A stretch of 64,000 bases of DNA from Eledone cirrhosa (lineage: Eukaryota): assembly GCA_964016885.1 (NCBI GenBank), contig OZ024743.1, forward strand, positions 88,350,001 through 88,414,000, written 5' to 3'. Position 1 is the stretch's first letter; the number at the start of each line of letters is the position of its first letter. Below, in pieces: positions 35,001-49,635 of this stretch. The notes under the pieces were generated by a model. That model did no database searches and was not told the origin of the DNA. It saw nothing but the letters and a program-made list of their open reading frames with translations. Position numbers and translations under genes: made by a program.

Positions 35001-38000
35001 TGTCTAGGTTATCTCTGTCATGGAGTCAGTGTAAGTCTGGTGTGAGGTGTCCAGGTTCTATCTGTCATGGAGTCAATGTAAGTCTGGTGTGAGGTGTCCA
35101 GGTTATATCTGTTATGGAGTCAGTGTAAGTCTGGTGTGAGGTGTCTAGGTTACATCTGTCATGGAGTCAGTGTAAGTCTGGTATGAGGTGTCTAGGTTCT
35201 ATCTGTCATGTAGTCAGTGTAAGTCTGGTGTGAGGTGTCTAGGTTCTATCTGACATGGAGTCAATGTAAGTCTGGTGTGAGGTGTCTAGGTTATCTCTGT
35301 CATGGAGTCAGTGTAAGTCTGGTGTGAGGTGTCTAGGTTATATCTGTCATGGAGTCAGTGTAAGTCTAGTGTGAGGTGTCTAGGTTCTATCTGTCATGGA
35401 GTCAGTGTAAGTCTGGTGTGAGGTGTCTAGGTTATATCTGTCATGGAGTCAGTGTAAGTCTAGTGTGAGGTGTCTAGGTTCTATCTGTCATGGAGTCAGT
35501 GTAAGTCTGGTGTGAGGTGTCTAGGTTATGTCTCTCATGGAGTCAGTGTAAGTCTGGTGTGAGGTGTCTAGGTTATATCTATCATGGAGTCAGTGTAAGT
35601 CTGGTGTGAGGTGTCTAGGTTATATCTGTCATGGAGTCAGTGTAAGTCTGGTGTGAGGTGTCTAGGTTATATTTATCATGGAGTCAATGTAAGTCTGGTG
35701 TGAGGTGTCCAGGTTATATCTATCATGGAGTCAGTGTAAGTCTGGTGTGAGGTGTCTAGGTTATATTTATCATGGAGTCAATGTAAGTCTGGTGTGAGGT
35801 GTCTAGGTTATATCTCTCATGGAGTCAGTGTAAGTCTGGTGTGAGGTGTCTAGGTTCTATCTGTCATGGAGTCAGTGTAAGTCTGGTGTGAGGTGTCTAG
35901 GTTATATCTGTCATGGAGTCAATGTAAGTCTTGTGTGAGGTGTCTAGGTTATATCTGTCATGGAGTCAGTGTAAGTCTGGTGTGAGGTGTCTAGGTTATC
36001 TCTGTCATGGAGTCAGTGTAAGTCTGGTGTGAGGTGTCTAGGTTCTATCTGTCATGGAGTCAGTGTAAGTCTGGTGTGAGGTGTCTAGGTTATATCTGTC
36101 ATGGAGTCAATGTAAGTCTGGTGTGAGGTGTCTAGGTTATATCTCTCATGGAGTCAGTGTAAGTCTGGTGTGAGGTATCCAGGTTATATCTGTCATGGAG
36201 TCAGTGTAAGTCTGGTGTGAGGTGTCCAGGTAATATCTGTCATGGAGTCAGTGTAAGTCTGGTGTGAGGTGTCTAGGTTCTATCTGTCATGGAGTCAGTG
36301 TAAGTCTGGTGTGAGGTGTCTAGGTTATATCTGTCATGGAGTCAATGTAAGTCTGGTGTGAGGTGTCTAGGTTATATCTGTCATGGAGTCAGTGTAAGTC
36401 TGGTGTGAGGTGTCTAGGTTATCTCTGTCATGGAGTCAGTGTAAGTCTGGTGTGAGGTGTCTAGGTTCTATCTGTCATGGAGTCAGTGTAAGTCTGGTGT
36501 GAGGTGTCTAGGTTATATCTGTCATGGAGTCAATGTAAGTCTGGTGTGAGGTGTCTAGGTTATATCTGTCATGGAGTCAGTGTAAGTCTGGTGTGAGGTG
36601 TCTAGGTTATATCTGTCATGGAGTCAGTGTAAGTCTGGTGTGAGGTGTCTAGGTTACATCTGTCATGGAGTCAATGTAAGTCTGGTGTTAGGTGTCTAGG
36701 TTATATCTGTCATGGAGTCAGTGTAAGTCCGGTGTGAGGTGTCTAGGTTATATCTGTCATGGAGTCAGTGTAAGTCTGGTGTGAGGTGTCTAGGTTATAT
36801 CTGTCATGGAGTCAGTGTAAGTCTGGTGTGAGGTGTCCAGGTTATATCTATCATGGAGTCAGTGTAAGTCTGGTGTGAGGTGTCCAGGTTCTATCTGTCA
36901 TGGAGTCAATGTAAGTCTGGTGTGAGGTGTCCAGGTTATATCTGTTATGGAGTCAGTGTAAGTCTGGTGTGAGGTGTCTAGGTTACATCTGTCATGGAGT
37001 CAGTGTAAGTCTGGTGTGAGGTGTCTAGGTTCTATCTGTCATGTAGTCAGTGTAAGTCTGGTGTGAGGTGTCTAGGTTCTATCTGACATGGAGTCAATGT
37101 AAGTCTGGTGTGAGGTGTCTAGGTTATCTCTGTCATGGAGTCAGTGTAAGTCTGGTGTGAGGTGTCTAGGTTATATCTGTCATGGAGTCAGTGTAAGTCT
37201 GGTGTGAGATGTCTAGGTTCTATCTGACATGGAGTCAATGTAAGTCTGGTGTGAGGTGTCTAGGTTATCTCTGTCATGGAGTCAGTGTAAGTCTGGTGTG
37301 AGGTGTCTAGGTTATATCTGTCATGGAGTCAGTGTAAGTCTAGTATGAGGTGTCTAGGTTCTATCTGTCATGGAGTCAGTGTAAGTCTGGTGTGAGGTGT
37401 CTAGGTTATATCTGTCATGGAGTCAGTGTAAGTCTAGTGTGAGGTGTCTAGGTTCTATCTGTCATGGAGTCAGTGTAAGTCTGGTGTGAGGTGTCTAGGT
37501 TCTATCTGTCATGGAGTCAGTGTAAGTCTGGTGTGAGGTGTCTAGGTTATATCTGTCATGGAGTCAGTGTAAGTCTAGTGTGAGGTGTCTAGGTTCTATC
37601 TGTCATGTAGTCAGTGTAAGTCTGGTGTGAGGTGTCTATGTTATATCTGTCATGGAGTCAGTGTAAGTCTGGTGTGAGGTGTCCAGGTAATATCTGTCAT
37701 GGAGTCAGTGTAAGTCTGGTGTGAGGTGTCTAGGTTATATCTGTCATGGAGTCAGTGTAAGTCTGGTGTGAGGTGTCCAGGTTATATCTGTCATGGAGTC
37801 AGTGTAAGTCTGGTGTGAGGTGTCCAGGTTATCTCTGTCATGGAGTCAGTGTAAGTCTGGTGTGAGGTGTCTAGGTTATATCTGTCATGGAGTCAGTGTA
37901 AGTCTGGTGTGAGGTGTCTAGGTTCTATCTGTCATGGAGTCAGTGTAAGTCTGGTGTGAGGTGTCTAGCTTCTATCTGTCATGGAGTCAGTGTAAGTCTG

Positions 38001-41000
38001 GTGTGAGGTGTCTAGGTTATCTCTGTCATGGAGTCAGTGTAAGTCTGGTGTGAGGTGTCTAGGTTATATCTGTCATGGAGTCAGTGTAAGTCTGGTGTGA
38101 GGTGTCTAGGTTATATCTGTCATGGAGTCAGTGTAAGTCCGGTTTGAGGTGTCTAGGTTATATCTGTCATGGAGTCAGTGTAAGTCTGCTGTGAGGTGTC
38201 TAGGTTCTATCTATCATGGAGTCAATGTAAGTCTGGTGTGAGGTGTCTAGGTTATATCTGACATGGAGTCAGTGTAAGTCTGGTGTGAGGTGTCTAGGTT
38301 ATATCTGTCATGGAGTCAGTGTAAGTCTGCTGTGCGGTGTCTAGGTTATATCTGTCATGGAGTCAGTGTAAGTCTGGTGTGAGGTGTCTAGGTTATATTT
38401 ATCATGGAGTCAATGTAAGTCTGGTGTGAGGTGTCTAGGTTATATCTCTCATGGAGTCAGTGTAAGTCTGGTGTGAGGTGTCTAGGTTCTATCTGTCATG
38501 GAGTCAGTGTAAGTCTGGTGTGAGGTGTCTAGGTTATATCTGTCATGGAGTCAATGTAAGTCTGGTGTGAGGTGTCTAGGTTATATCTGTCATGGAGTCA
38601 GTGTAAGTCTGGTGTGAGGTGTCTAGGTTATCTCTGTCATGGAGTCAGTGTAAGTCTGGTGTGAGGTGTCTAGGTTCTATCTGTCATGGAGTCAGTGTAA
38701 GTCTGGTGTGAGGTGTCTAGGTTATATCTGTCATGGAGTCAATGTAAGTCTGGTGTGAGGTGTCTAGGTTATATCTGTCATGGAGTCAGTGTAAGTCTGG
38801 TGTGAGGTGTCTAGGTTATCTCTGTCATGGAGTCAGTGTAAGTCTGGTGTGAGGTGTCTAGGTTCTATCTGTCATGGAGTCAGTGTAAGTCTGGTGTGAG
38901 GTGTCTAGGTTATATCTGTCATGGAGTCAATGTAAGTCTGGTGTGAGGTGTCTAGATTATATCTGTCATGGAGTCAGTGTAAGTCTGGTGTGAGGTGTCT
39001 AGGTTATATCTGTCATGGAGTCAGTGTAAGTCTGGTGTGAGGTGTCTAGGTTACATCTGTCATGGAGTCAATGTAAGTCTGGTGTGAGGTGTCTAGGTTC
39101 TATCTGTCATGGAGTCAGTGTAAGTCTGGTGTGAGGTGTCTAGGTTATATCTGTCATGGAGTCAATGTAAGTCTGGTGTGAGGTGTCTAGGTTATATCTG
39201 TCATGGAGTCAGTGTAAGTCTGGTGTGAGGTGTCTAGGTTATCTCTGTCATGGAGTCAGTGTAAGTCTGGTGTGAGGTGTCCAGGTTCTATCTGTCATGG
39301 AGTCAATGTAAGTCTGGTGTGAGGTGTCCAGGTTATATCTGTTATGGAGTCAGTGTAAGTCTGGTGTGAGGTGTCTAGGTTACATCTGTCATGGAGTCAG
39401 TGTAAGTCTGGTATGAGGTGTCTAGGTTCTATCTGTCATGTAGTCAGTGTAAGTCTGGTGTGAGGTGTCTAGGTTCTATCTGACATGGAGTCAATGTAAG
39501 TCTGGTGTGAGGTGTCTAGGTTATCTCTGTCATGGAGTCAGTGTAAGTCTGGTGTGAGGTGTCTAGGTTATATCTGTCATGGAGTCAGTGTAAGTCTAGT
39601 GTGAGGTGTCTAGGTTCTATCTGTCATGGAGTCAGTGTAAGTCTGGTGTGAGGTGTCTAGGTTATATCTGTCATGGAGTCAGTGTAAGTCTAGTGTGAGG
39701 TGTCTAGGTTCTATCTGTCATGGAGTCAGTGTAAGTCTGGTGTGAGGTGTCTAGGTTATGTCTCTCATGGAGTCAGTGTAAGTCTGGTGTGAGGTGTCTA
39801 GGTTATATCTATCATGGAGTCAGTGTAAGTCTGGTGTGAGGTGTCTAGGTTATATCTGTCATGGAGTCAGTGTAAGTCTGGTGTGAGGTGTCTAGGTTAT
39901 ATTTATCATGGAGTCAATGTAAGTCTGGTGTGAGGTGTCTAGGTTATATCTCTCATGGAGTCAGTGTAAGTCTGGTGTGAGGTGTCTAGGTTCTATCTGT
40001 CATGGAGTCAGTGTAAGTCTGGTGTGAGGTGTCTAGGTTATATCTGTCATGGAGTCAATGTAAGTCTTGTGTGAGGTGTCTAGGTTATATCTGTCATGGA
40101 GTCAGTGTAAGTCTGGTGTGAGGTGTCTAGGTTATCTCTGTCATGGAGTCAGTGTAAGTCTGGTGTGAGGTGTCTAGGTTCTATCTGTCATGGAGTCAGT
40201 GTAAGTCTGGTGTGAGGTGTCTAGGTTATATCTGTCATGGAGTCAATGTAAGTCTGGTGTGAGGTGTCTAGGTTATATCTCTCATGGAGTCAGTGTAAGT
40301 CTGGTGTGAGGTATCCAGGTTATATCTGTCATGGAGTCAGTGTAAGTCTGGTGTGAGGTGTCCAGGTAATATCTGTCATGGAGTCAGTGTAAGTCTGGTG
40401 TGAGGTGTCTAGGTTCTATCTGTCATGGAGTCAGTGTAAGTCTGGTGTGAGGTGTCTAGGTTATATCTGTCATGGAGTCAATGTAAGTCTGGTGTGAGGT
40501 GTCTAGGTTATATCTGTCATGGAGTCAGTGTAAGTCTGGTGTGAGGTGTCTAGGTTATCTCTGTCATGGAGTCAGTGTAAGTCTGGTGTGAGGTGTCTAG
40601 GTTCTATCTGTCATGGAGTCAGTGTAAGTCTGGTGTGAGGTGTCTAGGTTATATCTGTCATGGAGTCAATGTAAGTCTGGTGTGAGGTGTCTAGGTTATA
40701 TCTGTCATGGAGTCAGTGTAAGTCTGGTGTGAGGTGTCTAGGTTATATCTGTCATGGAGTCAGTGTAAGTCTGGTGTGAGGTGTCTAGGTTACATCTGTC
40801 ATGGAGTCAATGTAAGTCTGGTGTTAGGTGTCTAGGTTATATCTGTCATGGAGTCAGTGTAAGTCCGGTGTGAGGTGTCTAGGTTATATCTGTCATGGAG
40901 TCAGTGTAAGTCTGGTGTGAGGTGTCTAGGTTATATCTGTCATGGAGTCAGTGTAAGTCTGGTGTGAGGTGTCCAGGTTATATCTATCATGGAGTCAGTG

Positions 41001-44000
41001 TAAGTCTGGTGTGAGGTGTCCAGGTTCTATCTGTCATGGAGTCAATGTAAGTCTGGTGTGAGGTGTCCAGGTTATATCTGTTATGGAGTCAGTGTAAGTC
41101 TGGTGTGAGGTGTCTAGGTTACATCTGTCATGGAGTCAGTGTAAGTCTGGTGTGAGGTGTCTAGGTTCTATCTGTCATGTAGTCAGTGTAAGTCTGGTGT
41201 GAGGTGTCTAGGTTCTATCTGACATGGAGTCAATGTAAGTCTGGTGTGAGGTGTCTAGGTTATCTCTGTCATGGAGTCAGTGTAAGTCTGGTGTGAGGTG
41301 TCTAGGTTATATCTGTCATGGAGTCAGTGTAAGTCTGGTGTGAGATGTCTAGGTTCTATCTGACATGGAGTCAATGTAAGTCTGGTGTGAGGTGTCTAGG
41401 TTATCTCTGTCATGGAGTCAGTGTAAGTCTGGTGTGAGGTGTCTAGGTTATATCTGTCATGGAGTCAGTGTAAGTCTAGTATGAGGTGTCTAGGTTCTAT
41501 CTGTCATGGAGTCAGTGTAAGTCTGGTGTGAGGTGTCTAGGTTATATCTGTCATGGAGTCAGTGTAAGTCTAGTGTGAGGTGTCTAGGTTCTATCTGTCA
41601 TGGAGTCAGTGTAAGTCTGGTGTGAGGTGTCTAGGTTCTATCTGTCATGGAGTCAGTGTAAGTCTGGTGTGAGGTGTCTAGGTTATATCTGTCATGGAGT
41701 CAGTGTAAGTCTAGTGTGAGGTGTCTAGGTTCTATCTGTCATGTAGTCAGTGTAAGTCTGGTGTGAGGTGTCTATGTTATATCTGTCATGGAGTCAGTGT
41801 AAGTCTGGTGTGAGGTGTCCAGGTAATATCTGTCATGGAGTCAGTGTAAGTCTGGTGTGAGGTGTCTAGGTTATATCTGTCATGGAGTCAGTGTAAGTCT
41901 GGTGTGAGGTGTCCAGGTTATATCTGTCATGGAGTCAGTGTAAGTCTGGTGTGAGGTGTCCAGGTTATCTCTGTCATGGAGTCAGTGTAAGTCTGGTGTG
42001 AGGTGTCTAGGTTATATCTGTCATGGAGTCAGTGTAAGTCTGGTGTGAGGTGTCTAGGTTCTATCTGTCATGGAGTCAGTGTAAGTCTGGTGTGAGGTGT
42101 CTAGCTTCTATCTGTCATGGAGTCAGTGTAAGTCTGGTGTGAGGTGTCTAGGTTATCTCTGTCATGGAGTCAGTGTAAGTCTGGTGTGAGGTGTCTAGGT
42201 TATATCTGTCATGGAGTCAGTGTAAGTCTGGTGTGAGGTGTCTAGGTTATATCTGTCATGGAGTCAGTGTAAGTCCGGTTTGAGGTGTCTAGGTTATATC
42301 TGTCATGGAGTCAGTGTAAGTCTGCTGTGAGGTGTCTAGGTTCTATCTATCATGGAGTCAATGTAAGTCTGGTGTGAGGTGTCTAGGTTATATCTGACAT
42401 GGAGTCAGTGTAAGTCTGGTGTGAGGTGTCTAGGTTATATCTGTCATGGAGTCAGTGTAAGTCTGCTGTGCGGTGTCTAGGTTATATCTGTCATGGAGTC
42501 AGTGTAAGTCTGGTGTGAGGTGTCCAGGTTATATCTGTTATGGAGTCAATGTAAGTCTGGTGTGAGGTGTCTAGGTTATATCTCTCATGGAGTCAGTGTA
42601 AGTCTGGTGTGAGGTGTCTAGGTTATATCTGTCATGTAGTCAGTGTAAGTCTGGTGTGAAGTGTCCAGGTTATATCTGTCATGGAGTCAGTGTAAGTCTG
42701 GTGTGAGGTGTCCAGGTTATATCTGTCATGGAGTCAGTGTAAGTCTGGTGTGAGGTGTCCAGGTTATATCTGTTATGGAGTCAATGTAAGTCTGGTGTGA
42801 GGTGTCTAGGTTATATCTCTCATGGAGTCAGTGTAAGTCTGGTGTGAGGTGTCCAGGTTATATCTATCATGGAGTCAATGTAAGTCTGGTGTGAGGTGTC
42901 TAGGTTATATCTGTCATGGAGTCAGTGTAAGTCTGGTGTGAGGTGTCCAGGTGATATCTATCATGGAGTCAATGTAAGTCTGGTGTGAGGTGTCTAGTTT
43001 ATATCTGTCATGGAGTCAGTGTAAGTCTGGTGTGAGGTGTCCAGGTTATATCTATCATGGAGTCAATGTAAGTCTGGTGTGAGGTGTCTAGGTTCTATCT
43101 GTCATGGAGTCAGTGTAAGTCTGGTGTGAGGTGTCTAGGTTATATCTGTCATGGAGTCAATGTAAGTCTGGTGTGATGTGTCCAGTTTATATCTATCATG
43201 GAGTCAATGTAAGTCTGGTGTGAGGTGTCTAGGTTATATCTGTCATGGAGTCAGTGTAAGTCTGGTGTGAGGTGTCTAGGTTATATCTGTCATGGAGTCA
43301 GTGTAAGTCTGGTGTGAGGTGTCTAGGTTATATCTGTCATGGAGTCAATGTAAGTCTGGTGTGAGGTGTCTAGGTTATATCTGTCATGGAGTCAATGTAA
43401 GTCTGGTGTGAGGTGTCTAGGTTATATCTGTCATGGAGTCAGTGTAAATCTGGTGTGAGGTGTCTAGGTTATCTCTGTCATGGAGTCAGTGTAAGTCTGG
43501 TGTGAGGTGTCTAGGTTATATCTGTCATGGAGTCAGTGTAAGTCTAGTGTGAGGTGTCTAGGTTCTATCTGTCATGGAGTCAGTGTAAGTCTGGTGTGAG
43601 GTGTCTAGGTTCTATCTGTCATGGAGTCAGTGTAAGTCTGGTGTGAGGTGTCTAGGTTATATCTGTCATGGAGTCAGTGTAAGTCTGGTGTGAGGTGTCT
43701 AGGTTATCTCTGTCATGGAGTCTGTGTAAGTCTGGTGTGAGGTGTCTAGGTTCTATCTGTCATGGAGTCAGTGTAAACCTGGTGTGAGGTGTCTAGGTTC
43801 TATCTGTCATGGAGTCAGTGTAAGTCTGGTGTGAGGTGTCTAGGTTATATCTGTCATGGAGTCAGTGTAAGTCTGGTGTGAGGTGTCTAGGTTATATCTG
43901 TCATGGAGTCAGTGTAAGTCCGGTGTGAGGTGTCTAGTTTCTATCTGTCATGGAGTCAGTGTAAGTCTGGTGTGAGGTGTCTAGGTTATATCTGTCATGG

Positions 44001-46815
44001 AGTCAGTGTAAGTCTGGTGTGAGGTGTCTAGGTTATCTCTGTCATGGAGTCAGTGTAAGTCTGGTGTGAGGTGTCTAGGTTATCTCTGTCATGGAGTCAG
44101 TGTAAGTCTGGTATGAGGTGTCTAGGTTATATCTGTCATGGAGTCAGTGTAAGTATGGTGTGAGGTGTCTAGGTTCTATCTGTCATGGAGTCAGTGTAAG
44201 TCTGGTGTGAGGTGTCTAGGTTATATCTGTCATGGAGTCAGTGTAAGTCTGGTGTGAGGGGTCCAGGTTATATCTGTCATGGAGTTAGTGTAAGTCTGGT
44301 GTGAGGTGTCTAGGTTATATCTGTCATGGAGTCAGTGTAAGTCTGGTGTGAGGTGTCTAGGTTATATCTGTCATGGAGTCAGTGTAAGTCTGGTGTGAGG
44401 TGTCTAGGTTATATCTGTCATGGAGTCAGTGTAAGTCTGGTGTGAGGTGTCTAGGTTATATCTGTCATGGAGTCAGTGTAAGTCTGGTGTGAGGTGTCTA
44501 GGTTATATCTGTCATGGAGTCAGTGTAAGTCTGGTGTGAGGTGTCTAGGTTATATCTGACATGGAGTCAGTGTAAGTCTGGTGTGAGGTGTCTAGGTTCT
44601 ATCTGTCATGGAGTCAGTGTAAGTCTGGTGTGAGGTGTCTAGGTTATATCTGTCATGGAGTCAGTGTAAGTCTGGTGTGAGGTGTCTAGGTTATATCTGT
44701 CATGGAGTCAGTGTAAGTCTGGTGTGAGGTGTCTAGGTTATATCTGTCATGGAGTCAGTGTAAGTCTGGTGTGAGGTGTCTAGGTTATATCTGTCATGGA
44801 GTCAGTGTAAGTCTGGTGTGAGGTGTCTAGGTTATATCTGTCATGGAGTCAGTGTAAGTCTGGTGTGAGGTGTCTAGGTTCTATCTGTCATGGAGTCAGT
44901 GTAAGTCTGGTGTGAGGTGTCTAGGTTATATCTGACATGGAGTCAGTGTAAGTCTGGAGTGAGGTGTCCAGGTTATATCTGTCATGGAGTCAGTGTAAGT
45001 CTGGTGTGAGGTGTCCAGGTTATATCTATCATGGAGTCAGTGTAAGTCTGGTGTGAGATGTCTAGGTTATATCTGTCATGGAGTCAGTGTAAGTCTGGTG
45101 TGCGGTGTCTAGTTTATATCTGTCACGGAGTCAGTGTAAGTCTGGTGTGAGGTGACTAGGTTATATCTATCATGGAGTCAATGTAAGTCTGGTGTGAGGT
45201 GTCTAGGTTATATCTGTCATGGAGTCAATGTAAGTCTGGTGTGAGGTGTCTAGGTTATATCTATCATGGAGTCAGTGTAAGTCTGGTGTGAGGTGTCTAG
45301 GTTATATCTATCATGGAGTCAGTGTAAGTCTGGTGTGAGGTGTCCAGGTTATATCTGTCATGGAGTCAGTGTAAGTTTAGTGTGAGGTGTCTAGGTTATA
45401 TCTGTCATGGAGTCAATGTAAGTCTGGTGTGAGGTGTCCAGGTTATATCTGTCATGGAGTCAGTGTAAGTCTGGTGTGAGGTGTCCAGGTTATATCTGTC
45501 ATGGAGTCAGTGTAAGTCTGGTGTGAGGTGTCTAGGTTATATCTGTCATGGAGTCAGTGTAAGTTTGGTGTGAGGTGTCCAGGTTATATCTGTCATGGAG
45601 TCAGTGTAAGTCTGGTGTGAGGTGTCTAGGTTATATGTATCATGGAGTCAGTGTAAGTCTGGTGTGAGGTGTCCAGGTTATATCTGTCATGGAGTCAGTG
45701 TAAGTCTGGTGTGAGGTGTCCAGGTTATATCTGTCATGGAGTCAGTGTAAGTCTGGTGTGAGGTGTCCAGGTTATATCTGTCATGTAGTCAATGAAAGTC
45801 TGGTGTGAGGTGTCCAGGTTATATCTGTCATGGAGTCAGTGTAAGTTTGGTGTGAGGTGTCCAGGTTATATCTGTCATGGAGTCAGTGTAAGTCTGGTGT
45901 GAGGTGTCCAGGCTATATCTGTCATGGAGTCAGTGTAAGTTTGGTGTGAGGTGTCCAGGTTATATCTGTCATGGAGTCAATGAAAGTCTGGTGTGAGGTG
46001 TCCAGGTTATATCTGTCATGGAGTCAGTGTAAGTCTGGTGTGAGGTGTCTAGGTTATATCTGTCATGGAGTCAGTGTAAGTCTGGTGTGAGGTGTCCAGG
46101 TTATATCTATCATGGAGTCAGTGTAAGTCTGGTGTGAGGTGTCCAGGTTATATCTGTCATGGAGTCAGTGTAAGTCTGGTATGAGGTGTCTAGGTTATAT
46201 CTGTCATGGAGTCAGTGTAAGTCTGGTGTGAGGTGTCTAGGTTATATCTGTCATGGAGTCAGTGTAAGTCTGGTGTGAGGTGTCCAGGTTATATCTATCA
46301 TGGAGTCAGTGTAAGTCTGGTGTGAGGTGTCCAGGTTATATCTGTCATGGAGTCAGTGTAAGTCTGGTATGAGGTGTCTAGGTTATATCTGTCATGGAGT
46401 CAGTGTAAGTCTGGTGTGAGGTGTCTAGGTTATATCTGTCATGGAGTCAGTGTAAGTCTGGTGTGAGGTGTCTAGGTTACATCTGTCATGGAGTCAATGT
46501 AAGTCTGGTGTGAGGTGTCTAGGTTATATCTGTCATGGAGTCAGTATAAGTCTGGTGTGAGGTGTCTAGGTTACATCTGTCATGGAGTCAGTGTAAGTCT
46601 GGTGTGAGGTGTCTAGGTTATATCTGTCATGGAGTCAGTGTAAGTCTGGTGTGAGGTGTCTAGGTTATATCTGTCATGGAGTCAATGTAAGTCTGGTGTG
46701 AGGTATCCAGGTTATATCTCTCATGGAGTCACCGTAAGTCTGGTGTGAGGTGTCTAGGCTGTATCTGTCATGGAGTCAATGTAAGTCTGGTTTGTGAGAT
46801 GTCTAGGTTATATGT
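32049..46815. repeat. 47-bp satellite (gttatatctgtcatggagtcagtgtaagtctggtgtgaggtgtctag), ~310 units
   Basis: Highly homogeneous 14.8-kb array; period 47 measured at 32050/32097. Confidence 0.99.
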
Positions 46816-48564
46816 GGATGACAGGTGGTATGAAAGATGACAAATGAAGAAGAGTGTGATGAACAAATCCGAGCCGTTGAGCACAGAAAAACTGATACAA
46901 TACCAACCAGAAGGAGCAAATATATATAGATATGTGTGTGTGTGTGCTCGTATATATAGGTGTATACATACCAGCATATTGATATCTATTAATACAGAGT
47001 TATTTCCCTTGTGTTATATATTTCTAAGTTATGTTATATTCTTTTTCCCACACTGAGCCATTAAACATAGTGACAATGTAACAGTAAAAGTCTACCCAAA
47101 TATCACCAGGGGGAGGGGAATGAAAGTGATATTATTTGTAATTACTCCTTCCTTCTAAATATTAATATTAAACCAGTTTTCAACGATGTCATGTCATTTT
47201 AATTAAAAACCTTACCTGGAATATAGGTACGTTTTATTTTTATATTTAGTTATAATAATGATTTCTCTTTCTCTGAAAAACCCTCTTTTGTAAAAAAATA
47301 ATAATAATAACATTCCTCTAATTTTTCTTTCTCCTACTATCATTTGTTTTCTCTCATTTTTGTTTCAGTCATTCGTTCTTTAATTTTTCCCTCTTGTCTT
47401 TCTCAACATGTTTCCCTCAACACTGCATTATTTCTGTCTCTATCTTCCACTACCTATATACTCTCTCTCTCTTTATATATCATCATCCTCATTTTACGTC
47501 CGCTTTTCCTTGCTTGCAATATGTATATATATACTCTCAAGCGTGAAACTAATAATAACATTGTACCGCCCTTTTCTTTTTGGGTTTTCTATTTACTTTT
47601 TTTTTTAAATACACACACACATATATATATATATATATACACACATCCCTCTCTCTCATGTATATTTATATATATATATATGTGCGTGTGTATGTATCCT
47701 TTTTTCATCTCTCTATCTCTTCCCATCACTAAATGACTATCAATTGACACTGTAAATATGTATCTCACATATTTCCACGGCAGCTACCATCCTTCCATAC
47801 TTATTATTTCCGATCAAACTGCACTTATTTGCTTGCCATAACAACATTTACACTCAGCTATGTTTGCTGTAACACTGCAATTTGTATCTTACTGACATAT
47901 TTTCTCTCTAAAACGATGATTATTGTATTGATATAGGGAAAGCAAAACGAACTTAGTTTGTAAAACTGTGTAATAGACACGGGAAAAGGAAATTATTAGT
48001 AACCCTTTTGCTGCCATATTTCTAATGAAGTACACTGCTTATAATTTCCAAGTAATTTTGAAAAAAATCAAGAATTTAGTAAAATAACTATTTTTTCATT
48101 TTTTAGCTAGTGTTTGGAGCATAACATAAGTTCTTACATAACAGTAATTATATTAAGTGGACTTTGGTAATGATGAACACAATGTACTGGTTGAGAGGTA
48201 ATGTAGATAGATCTGTGTAGAGACGGAAGGTGGTGAATTGGCAAAGTAGTTAGGGTGTCAGTTTAAAAATGCCTTGGTATTTGTTCTGACTCACTTCACT
48301 CTAAGTTCAAATCCCACCATGGTTATCATCTTTTTTTTAGTTCGATAGATAAAGTACAGTCCAGTACTAGTATCGATTCTTCCTCTATCTTTCTCTGGAA
48401 GACATCAGTTGAGCTCCACCCTGGAGAAGGGGTGGGCTCTGCCACATATAAAATGCCCAAAACATGACATTTATAATGATGGCACCCCTACCATTTCATG
48501 CTTCAAGGAAAAATGGGTACCATTTTATTAAATTTAATGGACTTATTATTTTAAACAAAATTAA

Positions 48565-48780
48565 GGGTTGTGGATTGGCAGTATCGTTAAGGCGTTGGCC
48601 ATTATGCTTTTCGGCATGTAGTTACAGCCCTTTACATTCAAGTCGCGTTAAGGTTAGCTTTGCCTTTCATCCTTATGGGGTCGATAAAATAAAGCTCTAG
48701 TAACACACTGGAGTCAATTTAATTGACTTTGACCTCTCCCAAAATTGTTGGCCTTTTGCCTAAATCAGAAACCATTATTT
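48565..48780 (+). mobile_element. Nin-type SINE
   Basis: ggattggcagtatcgttaag..ctttgcctttcatccttatggggtcgataaaataaag. Confidence 0.7.
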
Positions 48781-48972
48781 TGAACAATTTTTTGCAAACT
48801 TTATATAAGGAGCTCACCATAATCTTTTAAATGCTTACAACCTCAAAAAGACTTAACCAAGCCCTGGTTGTGTGTGAAGGGTTAAGCATGAGTGGGGGGT
48901 AGTTTGATCTAAATAGGATTGTTTGTGATTACGTTTTAGAATGTCCTAAGAGACAACAAATAATAATAATGA

Positions 48973-49158
48973 AATAATTGTTTCTACTTTAGGCACAAGG
49001 CCAGCAATTACCCAGTACATTACTGGTACTTTATTTTATCGACCCCGTAAGGATGAAAGTTAACCTCGGCGGGATTTGAACTCAGACTGTAAAGAGACGT
49101 AACTATGCTAGAAAGCATGGCGTCCAACCCTCTACCGATACTGCCAATTCACCGCCCT
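48973..49158 (-). mobile_element. Nin-type SINE with target-site duplication
   Basis: Full copy flanked by taataatgaaataat on both sides, followed by a CR1 3'-end remnant (49160-49245). Confidence 0.85.
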
Positions 49159-49249
49159 ATAATAATGAAATAATGAAAATGATTGTGTACAGTGCTCAGG
49201 TGCACTACAACTCATCAAAGTTGCGTGTATAGTACATAGAATAATGTTT

Positions 49250-49635
49250 GATCAGTGGAACAGCTTGTTCAGGAAATTAACATGAAAGTGGTTGACCAGT
49301 CCACTGACATATGTACCCTTAATGTAGTTCTCAGGAAGATTCAGTGTGACACAGTATAGGAAAAGACAGGTCCTTTGAATAGCAAGTACAAATCATTTTT
49401 GCCAGCTGAGTGGACTGGAGCAACCTAAAATAAAGTGCTGGACTGCCATTGGTTGGTTGACCAATATAATAACCTGCTCGTGAAATCAACATGCGTGTAG
49501 CTGAGCATTTCACTGACGTGCATGCCCTTAATGCAGTTCTCAGGGAGATTCAGCATGATAGTGTAGGACAAGGCTGCTCATTAGAACTATTGAGTGGACT
49601 ATAGTAACCTGAAATAAGTTGTCTTGCTCAAGGGC
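49250..49635 (-). mobile_element. Two adjacent SINE 3' fragments (shared core, fourth tail type)
   Basis: agctgagtggactggagcaac..aaataaagtg is the reverse complement of the core. The tail gtacccttaatgtagttctcagg also occurs at ~20335-20500. Confidence 0.6.

Noticed and set aside
21791-46815. Regular short repeats resembling CRISPR arrays
   Set aside because: There are no unique spacers and no cas genes. These are head-to-tail eukaryotic satellites.
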